A DNA stretch of 64,000 nucleotides from NCBI GenBank assembly GCA_038117045.1, contig JAYOFE010000015.1, positions 18,240 through 82,239 on the forward strand, in the 5' to 3' direction. This document shows positions 50,628-59,239 of this stretch, piece by piece. The number at the start of each line of letters is the position of its first letter. Position 1 is the stretch's first letter. Both the position numbers and the translations under genes were made by a program. Under the pieces are notes generated by a model that had not been told where the DNA came from, ran no database searches, and saw only the letters and a list, made by a program, of their open reading frames with translations. The DNA comes from Alphaproteobacteria bacterium (GTDB taxonomy: Bacteria; Pseudomonadota; Alphaproteobacteria; UBA6615).

Positions 50628-51971
50628 CTAGCGAAACGCGGTGACCCGCGCGTCGTCGGTCTGGAAATAAAGCGTTTCACCGGCAATCGCGGGCGACAAC
50701 GACACATCGTCCGGCATCTCAATCTGGCCGATCACCTCACCCGTATAGGGCGACATCGCAACCGCCAGTCCATGACTGCCGGTCACGATCAGCCGGTCGC
50801 TGGCTAAGACCGGGCCGTGCCAGTTCACCAGATCGGTGCGATCCTCGGGGTCCTCATAACGGCCAAGCGGGGTGACCCATTTGACCAGCCCATTGTCCGC
50901 CACCAGCGCAACGACATCGCCTTCCGTGGTCACGACAAACAGGAACCGGCCGGCAATCCAGGGTTGGTTGACCCCGCCGACCTCGGCCTCCCAGATGCGG
51001 CGGCCGCTGGCCAGGTCGATGGCGACCATGCGGCCCGAATGGCTGATTGCATAAACGCGGCCTCGGTCGATAACCGGGCGGCCGCGAATATCCGCCAGTG
51101 CGGATACGGCGTCGGCACGGCGCATCGCCGCCAGGTTGTCGCTCCACAGCTGGCGGCCGTTCTGGGCACGCAGCGCAAAGATTTCACCGGACGAGTACGG
51201 GACGATGACGATGTCGCCGTCGACGGCCGGGCTGGCGGAACCGAGCAGGCCCGCCGTTTCCTCGATCCCCGTGTGGGTCCAGGCTACTTCTCCCGTCTCC
51301 GCATTGATTGCGAACAGCTGGTTGTCCTTGGTGATCGCATAGACCTGGCCACCGAACGCCGTCGGCGCAGCGCGCATGGGCGCGGAGACAGGCGTGCGCC
51401 AGAGTATCTGGCCGGATCTCGCATCAAGCGCGACGACCTGCGCGAAGCCGGTACCGGCGTAGATGCGGCCCAGGTCATAGGCCACGCCGCCGCCCCAGTT
51501 GCCGTCATCCTCTTCCGGCGGCTCGATGTCGCTCTGCCACACGACTGCACCGTCCTCGGCCCGGCTGGCGGTGACCACGGCGTCGGTGTCCATGGTGAAG
51601 ACCATGCCTTCGGCAATGACCGGGCCCGACAGGAGCGGTTCGTCATCCGCAGCGCCCGAACCGAAGTTGCGCGACCAGACCTCGACCGGCGCCTCGGACA
51701 GGGCGAGATGATGCATCGCGTGGTTCGCGAAGCCGCCCTGCTGGGGCCACTCGACGTTCACGAGGGGACGGGGAAGACGGATATCGAGATCCGCCACACG
51801 GGCAGACGGCTGTATCCGGTCCTGTCCGGCCAGAACCGGAATACGCTCGCCCGGCAGCGGCGCATCGTCGGACGCGCCCAGGAAATCGAGGGTGTCGCAG
51901 GCTGCAAGGGTCACCAGTGCCACTGCCGCCAGACAGACCCTCGCGGGCACGCGAATGCTCCGTCGCGTCAT
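50628..51971 (-). CDS. bamB: Outer-membrane protein assembly factor BamB (PQQ-repeat beta-propeller lipoprotein)
   Basis: Lipobox LAAC. Repeated PQQ-like blades (YALDA.TGE..W). Conserved yfgM-bamB-der order. Confidence 0.75.
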   Translation of the reverse strand: MTRRSIRVPARVCLAAVALVTLAACDTLDFLGASDDAPLPGERIPVLAGQDRIQPSARVADLDIRLPRPLVNVEWPQQGGFANHAMHHLALSEAPVEVWSRNFGSGAADDEPLLSGPVIAEGMVFTMDTDAVVTASRAEDGAVVWQSDIEPPEEDDGNWGGGVAYDLGRIYAGTGFAQVVALDARSGQILWRTPVSAPMRAAPTAFGGQVYAITKDNQLFAINAETGEVAWTHTGIEETAGLLGSASPAVDGDIVIVPYSSGEIFALRAQNGRQLWSDNLAAMRRADAVSALADIRGRPVIDRGRVYAISHSGRMVAIDLASGRRIWEAEVGGVNQPWIAGRFLFVVTTEGDVVALVADNGLVKWVTPLGRYEDPEDRTDLVNWHGPVLASDRLIVTGSHGLAVAMSPYTGEVIGQIEMPDDVSLSPAIAGETLYFQTDDARVTAFR

Positions 51972-51973
51972 CT

Positions 51974-52618
51974 TCAGCTTCCGATTAGGGCAAGAAGTTC
52001 GCTCGCGCGCGCACGCGTCGCCAGCGGCGAGTCGGGATCCTCGACGATCGAACGCAGCAACTCACGTGCATCATCGGAACCGCCGGCCCCGATGGCCGAC
52101 ACTGCCAGGAACTCTCGTGCCGAGAACCGGAACGGGTTGTCGGGCGTGTTAAGCGGTTCCATGCGGCTGCGAACCTCGTCGCGGGACATCTGGTCCATGC
52201 CGTTGGCGACGGCAAAAACCTGCGCGAGGTCGCGGTAAGTCTTGGAATAGGTATCATCCGCGGCCAGCGCGTCGAAAACAGCGACGGCGTCGCCTTTCTT
52301 GCCGCTATCAGCGAGCAGGCTCGCCTCGCGCAGGCTCGCCAGGTACCTGTACCCCGTCGTCCCGTCCTGTGCGATTGCCTGCAGCTGGCCAAGCGCGCTT
52401 TCCGACGAGGACTGTTCTTCCACCACGGCGGCGAGGAATCGCTCGCTGTCCGCCATGCGAGCGCTTTCCTGGCTGTCCCGCCAGACCACGAAGGCAATCG
52501 TCGCGCCGACGATCAGGACGACCGCGCCAACGACATACGTGCCGTAGCGTTTGACCATCTCCTGGTAGCGGTCCTGCCGGACCTCTTCGTCTACTTCGCG
52601 AAACAATTCGTCGGACAC
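51974..52618 (-). CDS. YfgM-like membrane-anchored TPR protein
   Basis: N-terminal cytoplasmic stretch (QDRYQEMVKRYG), a single TM helix, then a periplasmic TPR-like region. Located upstream of bamB. Confidence 0.55.
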   Translation of the reverse strand: MSDELFREVDEEVRQDRYQEMVKRYGTYVVGAVVLIVGATIAFVVWRDSQESARMADSERFLAAVVEEQSSSESALGQLQAIAQDGTTGYRYLASLREASLLADSGKKGDAVAVFDALAADDTYSKTYRDLAQVFAVANGMDQMSRDEVRSRMEPLNTPDNPFRFSAREFLAVSAIGAGGSDDARELLRSIVEDPDSPLATRARASELLALIGS

Positions 52619-52788
52619 GAAAACATTTCCTTTTCAAAGACTTCGCGCGAACACCCCGGCGCTATATCGCTATATGCCGCGGTAAAATCAACAGTTTAAC
52701 GGGCTTTTGATGCAATCGCTGAGGGGTCGAACCATTCCTTAACCGAACGGGCGAATGATGTGTGTGTATCACAAAACGCACCGCGACG

Positions 52789-53112
52789 ATGTATCGGCTC
52801 ATACATACCCCACTCCTGCTGCTCGGCGCGCTCGCCTTGTCCGCCTGCGCGGACCCGGCGTCGCTGGCCGTGAGCAGTGCCAGCGTGGTAACGGCCTTCG
52901 ATTCCGGCAAGACCGTGTCGGACCATGCCATGTCCTTCGTGACGGGGGACGACTGTTCGTTCCTGAACTCGCTGCGCGGCAAGGCCTGGTGCATGCCGGT
53001 CCTCGCCGACACGCCGCCGCCCCCGAATCAGGTCTGCTACAAATCGATCGCCTCCATGACCTGCTACCCGGTCGAGAACCCGCACGAAACGGCCTCCAGG
53101 CGCATCAACTGA
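52789..53112 (+). CDS. Small Cys-containing lipoprotein (hypothetical). Start at MYRLIHT.
   Basis: Signal peptide plus lipobox LLLLGALALSAC. Four further Cys residues. ~107 aa. Confidence 0.45.
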   Translation: MYRLIHTPLLLLGALALSACADPASLAVSSASVVTAFDSGKTVSDHAMSFVTGDDCSFLNSLRGKAWCMPVLADTPPPPNQVCYKSIASMTCYPVENPHETASRRIN

Positions 53113-53178
53113 GGGGTTGCGCCCGCGTCTGGACAGCCTCGCCAAAATGGGGAAAACTCCGTCACAGAACAGCAACGG

Positions 53179-53535
53179 ATGATCGCCCGGCCGATGAGTT
53201 CCGCATACCACCTGAACCCGCAGAATCGCATACGTGGTCAGGTCACGTTCGACCGAAATGAACTTCGCACATTGCTGAACGAGTACAGCCGCCGGGTCGC
53301 GGCCGGGGAATGGCGCGACTACGCCATCGACATGCTGAAGGACCGGGCCGTGTTCTCCGTCTTCCGGCACGCCGCCGAGCATCCGCTCTATTCCATCGAG
53401 AAATACCCGGCCCGCGGCAACCGCCCGGACCGCTTCATCGTCTCGCGTGGCCCCCAGAAGCTGAAGCAGAGCCAGAGCCTGCTCGAGGTCCTGAACGCCA
53501 TCGAGCGCCGGCCAAAACTGGTGGCGATCAGCTAG
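53179..53535 (+). CDS. DUF2794-like conserved hypothetical protein
   Basis: 118 aa. Motif AGEWRDYAIDML. Family match is from memory. Confidence 0.45.
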   Translation: MIARPMSSAYHLNPQNRIRGQVTFDRNELRTLLNEYSRRVAAGEWRDYAIDMLKDRAVFSVFRHAAEHPLYSIEKYPARGNRPDRFIVSRGPQKLKQSQSLLEVLNAIERRPKLVAIS

Positions 53536-53802
53536 TTTTTCGGAGATAAAAATGCGTCGATTTTTGACGTATTTTTTCCAGAAACTACAAAAACTAAAAC
53601 TGAAACCGATCCCGGTTGCGCTGCCGCTCGATCCGGGCCAATCCTGATACCTGCACGCAAGGAATGCGTGCATCCCGACCGGCATATACCTTTCGCCGGA
53701 GGGCCGAGAGAAACTCAGGAGCGCGCCATGGAAGGCATATAGCGCATAACGATCACCCGGGAGCCGCCTGCGCGGCTGCCCCGCAGCGCGTCCGCAGAGG
53801 AA

Positions 53803-54042
53803 GTGCGAGAACGGCCCGTCGACCAAACAGAAGCCGTCCCCCTCCGCGCGGTTCGCGGTATTGAGGCGGAGGGGCGCATTTTCCAGGCGCGGCTGAGCTA
53901 CGACTACGACCACGAAGACGTCGTGGTCGAGATTCTCGACCCCCGTACCGGCGACGTCGTGCGCCGCCTGCCGGCCGACCGCGCGGCGCAGGAACACCAG
54001 GGCTTCCGCAACAGCGGCGCATTCCTCGATCGCGTGGCCTGA
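53803..54042 (+). CDS. Small protein with FlaG-like C-terminal motif (GTG start)
   Basis: RLSYDYDHEDVVVEILDPRTGDVVRRLPADRAAQ resembles the FlaG (PF03646) C-terminus (LxF..D.......VkvvD..TgEViRqIP). Weak call. Confidence 0.3.
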   Translation: MRERPVDQTEAVPLRAVRGIEAEGRIFQARLSYDYDHEDVVVEILDPRTGDVVRRLPADRAAQEHQGFRNSGAFLDRVA

Positions 54043-54085
54043 GCGGCCGATCCCGGCTTCCGCGACGCCGAGGCCCGGCGCTAGA

Positions 54086-55225
54086 GTGGCCGCCATGGGC
54101 AGCAGCACCCCGACACGCCAGACCCCCCGCCGTACGCTGTCCGGCCTCGACCGCCTGCTTGCAGACACAGAGACCATCTCCCGCCTCGCCGAACGCAAGG
54201 TGGGCCTGCTCGCCAACCATGCCAGCACAACCGCCGACGGCACACCCGCCAGTCTGGCCTTCAGCCGCCGCCTCTCGGAAGCCGGCGGCCCCGCCCTACA
54301 CCTGTTTTCGCCGGAACACGGGATCACCCTCGGCTCTCATGCCGGCGAATCCGTAAACCACGGCACCGACCCGCTGACCGGGCTGGCTGTCAGTAGCCTC
54401 TATGGCGCGTGTGAGGCTGACGCGAGCGTATTCGACGGCATCGACACGCTGGTGATCGACCTGCGCGATGTCGGGGTTCGCTGCTACACCTATGCGGCCA
54501 GCGCAGCGCGTGCCGCCCGCACGGCTCTCGAACGGCACATCGAGGTGATCCTTTGCGACCGGGCAAACCCTCTGGGGCCCGGGTCAGAGGGCCCCCGTCC
54601 GGACCCGGGCCTCCGCTCGTTCCTCGCCTATTTCGATGTCCCCTTCGTCCATGGCCACACCGTAGCGGAGTTGCTGTCACGGCACGTCGCACCCGCTGTC
54701 GGTGAAGCGCCCTACCTGGTCTATCCAGCTGACGTCACCCGGAGTGCTGAGCTTGGCTGGACGCCGCCCTCGCCTGCCCTGTCGCACCCCGATGCCGTGG
54801 CCATCTATGCCGGACTGGTCCTGCTGGAAGCGACCAACATCAGCGAGGGTCGCGGCAGTTCGCTATCGTTCCGCAGCGTGTCTGCGCGCGGCCTCGATGC
54901 AAACGCGCTCTCGGATGCAATCAACAGCTGGAACAGCGGGTTCGCTGCACGCCCCACCACACTGACCAGCATGCGTCCGCCCGAGGACGGCGTACCCTTG
55001 CCAGCCGTCGTGATCTGGCCGCGCGGCCGCGAACGCCGACGGCCTCTCGCGCTCGGCGTGCATCTCCTTGAATGGCTTCACGGGGAACATCCGGGATTCG
55101 AATGGCTGCCCGGTGCGAACGGTTCTCCCGGCGGTGCGATCGACACGCTGTTCGGGCGGCGGGACCTACGCGAGAAGATCGACACCAACACACCCGCGGT
55201 GTCCATCCTCAACGCCTGGCTCTAG
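54086..55225 (+). CDS. DUF1343-family protein (NamZ/YbbC-like putative exo-beta-N-acetylmuramidase)
   Basis: VGLLANHASTT...LFSPEHG...IDTLVIDLRDVGVRCYTYAASAA matches the DUF1343 N-terminal architecture. Neighbouring genes are nagA, a sugar kinase and murQ. Confidence 0.6.
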   Translation: MAAMGSSTPTRQTPRRTLSGLDRLLADTETISRLAERKVGLLANHASTTADGTPASLAFSRRLSEAGGPALHLFSPEHGITLGSHAGESVNHGTDPLTGLAVSSLYGACEADASVFDGIDTLVIDLRDVGVRCYTYAASAARAARTALERHIEVILCDRANPLGPGSEGPRPDPGLRSFLAYFDVPFVHGHTVAELLSRHVAPAVGEAPYLVYPADVTRSAELGWTPPSPALSHPDAVAIYAGLVLLEATNISEGRGSSLSFRSVSARGLDANALSDAINSWNSGFAARPTTLTSMRPPEDGVPLPAVVIWPRGRERRRPLALGVHLLEWLHGEHPGFEWLPGANGSPGGAIDTLFGRRDLREKIDTNTPAVSILNAWL

Positions 55226-56349
55226 GCCGAAAGCGGGATTGCCTCACCCTCGACGATCACCTGCGCGATACGGTCTTCGTCATCGAGGATCACGAAGTCG
55301 GCCCATGTATCGGGCGCGATCCGCCCCCGGTCCCAACGGCCGATGAAATCCGCCGGATAGGCAGAGAGCCGCCGGCTGGCATCCTCGATATCCAGGCCAA
55401 GGGAAAGCAGCCGTGCAAAGGCCCGGTCCATTGTGAGCGCGCTCCCGGCCAGCACGTCCACGCTCCCGTCCTCGCCGAGGAATACGCTGTCGCCGCGCTT
55501 GGTCACCGTATGGCCGCCTAGCGGATACGGGCCGTCGGGCATGCCCGCGGCAGCCGTCGCGTCGGTTACGGCGAAAAGCTTCGGGATCGCCCGCAGGGCG
55601 GCACGGATGGCCCCGTCCGCGACATGGATCCCGTCGGGAATGATCGCCGCATACTCGCCCAGGGCCAGTGCCGCGCCGACGGTGCCCGGCGCACGGTGAT
55701 GCAGCGGCGACATGGCGTTGTAGAGATGGGTAAACCCGCGTGCGCCGGCCGCCAGGGCATCGCGAACGGTCTCGTACTCCGCGTCCGTGTGCCCGATCTG
55801 GACAGCAATGCCCGCCGCCGCAAACCGCCGGATGGCGTCCATCGCGCCTTCCAGCTCGGGTGCGATGGTCACCAACTTGACGACCCCGCCGATACATACG
55901 GCATCGACGAATTCCGTGTCCGGCTCACGCGCATGGGGTGGCTGCGCGCCCAGCCGGCCGGGGTTGATGTACGGGCCCTCCATATGGGCACCCAGGACGC
56001 GGGCCTCTCCCGCCTCGCGCATCCCCTGCACCTCACCGATACCGGTGAAGGCCGTCGCCAGCACATCCTGGGGCGCGGTGACTGTTGCGGGCAGGAAGGA
56101 CGTTGTCCCGTGTCGGGCATGAAGCCGCGCGGCGGTCCGCACCGCATCGGGCCCCTGCATGACATCCGCCCCGCCGCCGCCGGGCACATGCAGGTCGACA
56201 AACCCAGGGATGATGCGCGGCGCACCACGCGCCACCGCACCGGTCTGGATGGCGCGTACATGGGTGTCATGGACAAGCTGGCCCGATACCCAGCCCCCGG
56301 GTGTCAGGATGCGGCCGACCAGGCTCTGTTCGCTTATCGGTTCTGCCAT
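55222..56349 (-). CDS. nagA: N-acetylglucosamine-6-phosphate deacetylase
   Basis: Amidohydrolase motifs: PGFVDLHVPGGGG, HMEGPYIN, THLYNAMS and GIHVADG. Confidence 0.8.
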   Translation of the reverse strand: MAEPISEQSLVGRILTPGGWVSGQLVHDTHVRAIQTGAVARGAPRIIPGFVDLHVPGGGGADVMQGPDAVRTAARLHARHGTTSFLPATVTAPQDVLATAFTGIGEVQGMREAGEARVLGAHMEGPYINPGRLGAQPPHAREPDTEFVDAVCIGGVVKLVTIAPELEGAMDAIRRFAAAGIAVQIGHTDAEYETVRDALAAGARGFTHLYNAMSPLHHRAPGTVGAALALGEYAAIIPDGIHVADGAIRAALRAIPKLFAVTDATAAAGMPDGPYPLGGHTVTKRGDSVFLGEDGSVDVLAGSALTMDRAFARLLSLGLDIEDASRRLSAYPADFIGRWDRGRIAPDTWADFVILDDEDRIAQVIVEGEAIPLSA

Positions 56350-57239
56350 ACGATGGTTTCCTCCGGCGCGCGTCCCTGGGCCAGCATCAATGCGCCGATG
56401 ATGGGGTCCTCATGGGGCTCGCGCACCCACGAGCGAAGCCGGTCCGGCAGGAACGGGTCAAGAGGTTCTGCAAGCCCGCCCACTAGTGCAAGCGGCACGC
56501 TGCGGGCCGGGTCCAGCGCCTCAGCCAGCGCGTCGATCTCGCGGCCCGCTTCCGTGATGATAACCAGCGCAGCCGGGTCACCCCGCCCGGCGCATTCGAT
56601 CACCAGCGGCGCGAGCTCCGCGAACTTTGCAGGCTCCGCCCCCCACAGCCATCCGAGCATTTCCTCGCGCGTCTTGCCGCAGTGCTCGGCAATGGCGCGG
56701 TGCAGTTCCGATGCGCGGGCGTGGCTGCGCAGGTCCAGCACCCGAACCGTCTGGGCAATCGCCGTGCGGCCGATCCAGGCCCCGCTGCCCTCGTCCCCGA
56801 TCACGAAACCCCAACCGCCGACCAGCCGGCAACGGCCCGCCGCCTCGATCCGATAGCCGACGCTACCGGTGCCGACGATCACCACGGCGCCCGGCGCGCC
56901 GAGATGGGCACCCAGCGCGGCAATATAGGCGTCGGTCGCCACGCGCAATCCGCGCAGGCCCGGGGCCGCCTCCAGGAACATTCGGCGCGCCTCGGCATTG
57001 TTGGCGCCCGCCAGGCCGATCCCGAACTCGGTCCGGGCCATGTACTCGCCATCGAGCGAGACGGCATGGGCCAGGTGCTCCAGCGCGCCCAGGATCACGT
57101 CCCAGGCCTGAGGACCGCGCACGGTCAGGCTCGCGGGACCGCCGACGGTCAACCCCAGCCGCCGCCCCGCAGCGTCATACAGGGCCACGCGCGTGTTGCT
57201 CGCACCGCCATCCACACAGCAATAAAGATGGTCGCTCAT
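56334..57239 (-). CDS. BadF/BadG/BcrA/BcrD-type ATPase, N-acetylglucosamine/N-acetylmuramate kinase-like. Start MSDHLYC; ATG verified at 57237-57239.
   Basis: N-terminal phosphate-1 motif CCVDGGASNTRVALYD. Actin-fold ATPase (ROK/BadF-like). Its 3' end overlaps the nagA start by 16 nt. Confidence 0.6.
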   Translation of the reverse strand: MSDHLYCCVDGGASNTRVALYDAAGRRLGLTVGGPASLTVRGPQAWDVILGALEHLAHAVSLDGEYMARTEFGIGLAGANNAEARRMFLEAAPGLRGLRVATDAYIAALGAHLGAPGAVVIVGTGSVGYRIEAAGRCRLVGGWGFVIGDEGSGAWIGRTAIAQTVRVLDLRSHARASELHRAIAEHCGKTREEMLGWLWGAEPAKFAELAPLVIECAGRGDPAALVIITEAGREIDALAEALDPARSVPLALVGGLAEPLDPFLPDRLRSWVREPHEDPIIGALMLAQGRAPEETIVWQNR

Positions 57240-57387
57240 GATCCCCGGGTTTCGCCTCGCAGCCGAACGGCTATCATACACACGTTCGCGCTCTGCCTGT
57301 TGTTCCGCGCCCTGCCCCGGTTTGACGGGCGTGACGGCGCGGACGGGTGTGTTATGGGAAATCGGGACTTCTCAGGCAATCGGGACC

Positions 57388-58284
57388 ATGCGCAAAACCG
57401 AAGAATTTGCCGGTATTTACCGCGACCTGGAGACGCGCGCGGGTCAGGACGTGCTGTCCGCGATCCTCGATGCCCAGGAACGCGGGCTGGACGCGGTACG
57501 CACCGCGATCCCGGCCCTGTCCAAAGCAGCCGAGTCGGCGGCGGACCGCCTGCGCAACCATCCCTCCGGACGCATCGTCTATGCCGGTGCGGGCACCTCG
57601 ATCCGGCTCGGCGTCCAGGATGGCGTGGAACTGGTCCCCACATTCGGTTGGCCCGAAGACCGCCTTGCCTACCTGATCGCGGGGGGACCATCGGCGCTCA
57701 CCCGCACCGCCGAGGGAGCAGAGGACGACACCGGGCAGGCGCGAAAGGATACGGCCGCACTCAACCTGGGCGCAGGCGATGTGTGCGTCTCGCTGTCGGC
57801 CAGCGGCACCACGCCCTTCGCAATCGCCGCCTGCGAGGCCGCGCGCAAGGCTGGCGCGATGACGATCGCCATCGCCAATAATTCCGCCGCGCCGTTGTTG
57901 GATGCCGCCGAACACGGCGTGCTAATCGAATCCGGCCCCGAGCCGGTCGGCGGCTCTACCCGCATGACCGCAGGCACCACCCAGAAGGTGGCGCTGAACC
58001 TGTTTTCCACCCTGACCATGATCCGGCTGGGCCGGGTCTACCGCGGCATGATGGTGGACGTGACGCCCACCAACGCCAAGCTTCGCGAGCGCGCGGTTCG
58101 CATCGTCTCCGCCGGGGCGGATTGCGATGCAGAAACGGCCCGGAGCGCACTCGATACGACCGGGTATGCCGTCAAGCCGGCCATCCTCGTCGCAACGGGC
58201 CGGAGCGCCGATGAGGCCCGGACCCTCCTGGAGGTCCATGGCGGAGACCTGCACGCCGTGTTCGCCGCGTTGGCGGGCGACTGA
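57388..58284 (+). CDS. murQ: N-acetylmuramic acid 6-phosphate etherase
   Basis: SIS domain. IVYAGAGTSIRLGVQD. MurQ C-terminal region (GSTRMTAGTTQKVALNLFSTLTMIRLGRVY). Confidence 0.8.
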   Translation: MRKTEEFAGIYRDLETRAGQDVLSAILDAQERGLDAVRTAIPALSKAAESAADRLRNHPSGRIVYAGAGTSIRLGVQDGVELVPTFGWPEDRLAYLIAGGPSALTRTAEGAEDDTGQARKDTAALNLGAGDVCVSLSASGTTPFAIAACEAARKAGAMTIAIANNSAAPLLDAAEHGVLIESGPEPVGGSTRMTAGTTQKVALNLFSTLTMIRLGRVYRGMMVDVTPTNAKLRERAVRIVSAGADCDAETARSALDTTGYAVKPAILVATGRSADEARTLLEVHGGDLHAVFAALAGD

Positions 58285-58288
58285 GCAC

Positions 58289-59239
58289 ATGTCCGACCTG
58301 AACCCGTTCCGGATCTCGTGGAACCGCCACAACCGGGCACAGTGGGATGGGATGCTCGCCGCCTGCAGGCGCCCCAGCCTGACCCAGACCTCCACCTACG
58401 CGCTGGCCGTCCACGAACTTCAGGGCATGAAGGCCGATTTCGGCCTGATCCGCTTCGACAACAAACCCATCGGGATGATCGTAGCTCACGGCAAGCCAGT
58501 ATTAGGCGCACCCGGCAGCCAAACCATCTATCGCGGGCCGATCTGGGTCCATGACGAGATTCCCGGTGAGATGCAGAAACTGGCCCTCGAACTTCTTCGC
58601 AAACGCTACCGGCTGCGCAACGGACGGCCGGTCACGTTTCATCCCGAACTCACCGATACGCACGGGAACCGCACGCAGATGGCAGATGCGGGATTCAAGC
58701 GTATCGCGGACGGCTACCGGACGATCTGGCTCGACCTGTCGCAATCCCTGGAGAACCTGCGGGCCGGCCAGCACCAGAACTGGCGCAACGCGTTGGTGCA
58801 GGGCGAGCGCAACGGGCTGACGGTGATCGACGATGCAGACTGCGAGCGCCTCACCTGGCTGACCGAGCGCCACACCGAACACATGGACCTCGGCGGTTAC
58901 CGGGGTGCGTCGGGCGGGCTGCTTGAAGCGCTCCGAAAATACGCCAACGAGACGGCGAGCCTACGCCTGCTCGTCGCCGAGCGGGACGGAACGCCGGTCG
59001 CGGGTATCCTGCTGGCGACCCATGGCAGCGCGGCGACCTATCTGGTGGGCTGGACCGGTGAGGACGGCCGCGACCTGCGTGCGACGCACCTGCTGCTATG
59101 GCAGGCGGTCGAGCGGCTGAAGTCCGACAGCAAGCTGTGGTTCGATCTCGGCGGGATCAACGACGACGCGCCGGGCGTCGCCCGCTTCAAAGGCGGCATG
59201 GGCGGCGAAGAAGTCACGCTTGTGGGTGGGTACGTCTAG
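58289..59239 (+). CDS. FemAB-like GNAT acyltransferase (Acetyltransf_6 / peptidoglycan-bridge-formation family)
   Basis: NWRNALVQGERNGLTV and GSAATYLVGWT...LLLWQAVERLK resemble the Acetyltransf_6 FemABX-like fold. ATG verified at 58289, 5 nt after the murQ stop. Confidence 0.5.
   Translation: MSDLNPFRISWNRHNRAQWDGMLAACRRPSLTQTSTYALAVHELQGMKADFGLIRFDNKPIGMIVAHGKPVLGAPGSQTIYRGPIWVHDEIPGEMQKLALELLRKRYRLRNGRPVTFHPELTDTHGNRTQMADAGFKRIADGYRTIWLDLSQSLENLRAGQHQNWRNALVQGERNGLTVIDDADCERLTWLTERHTEHMDLGGYRGASGGLLEALRKYANETASLRLLVAERDGTPVAGILLATHGSAATYLVGWTGEDGRDLRATHLLLWQAVERLKSDSKLWFDLGGINDDAPGVARFKGGMGGEEVTLVGGYV

Noticed and set aside
53608-53640. Possible sigma-54 -24/-12 element (cGG-N10-GCt) upstream of the FlaG-like ORF
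   Set aside because: Only the GG/GC dinucleotides match. The flanking consensus (TGGCAC/TTGCA) is not met.
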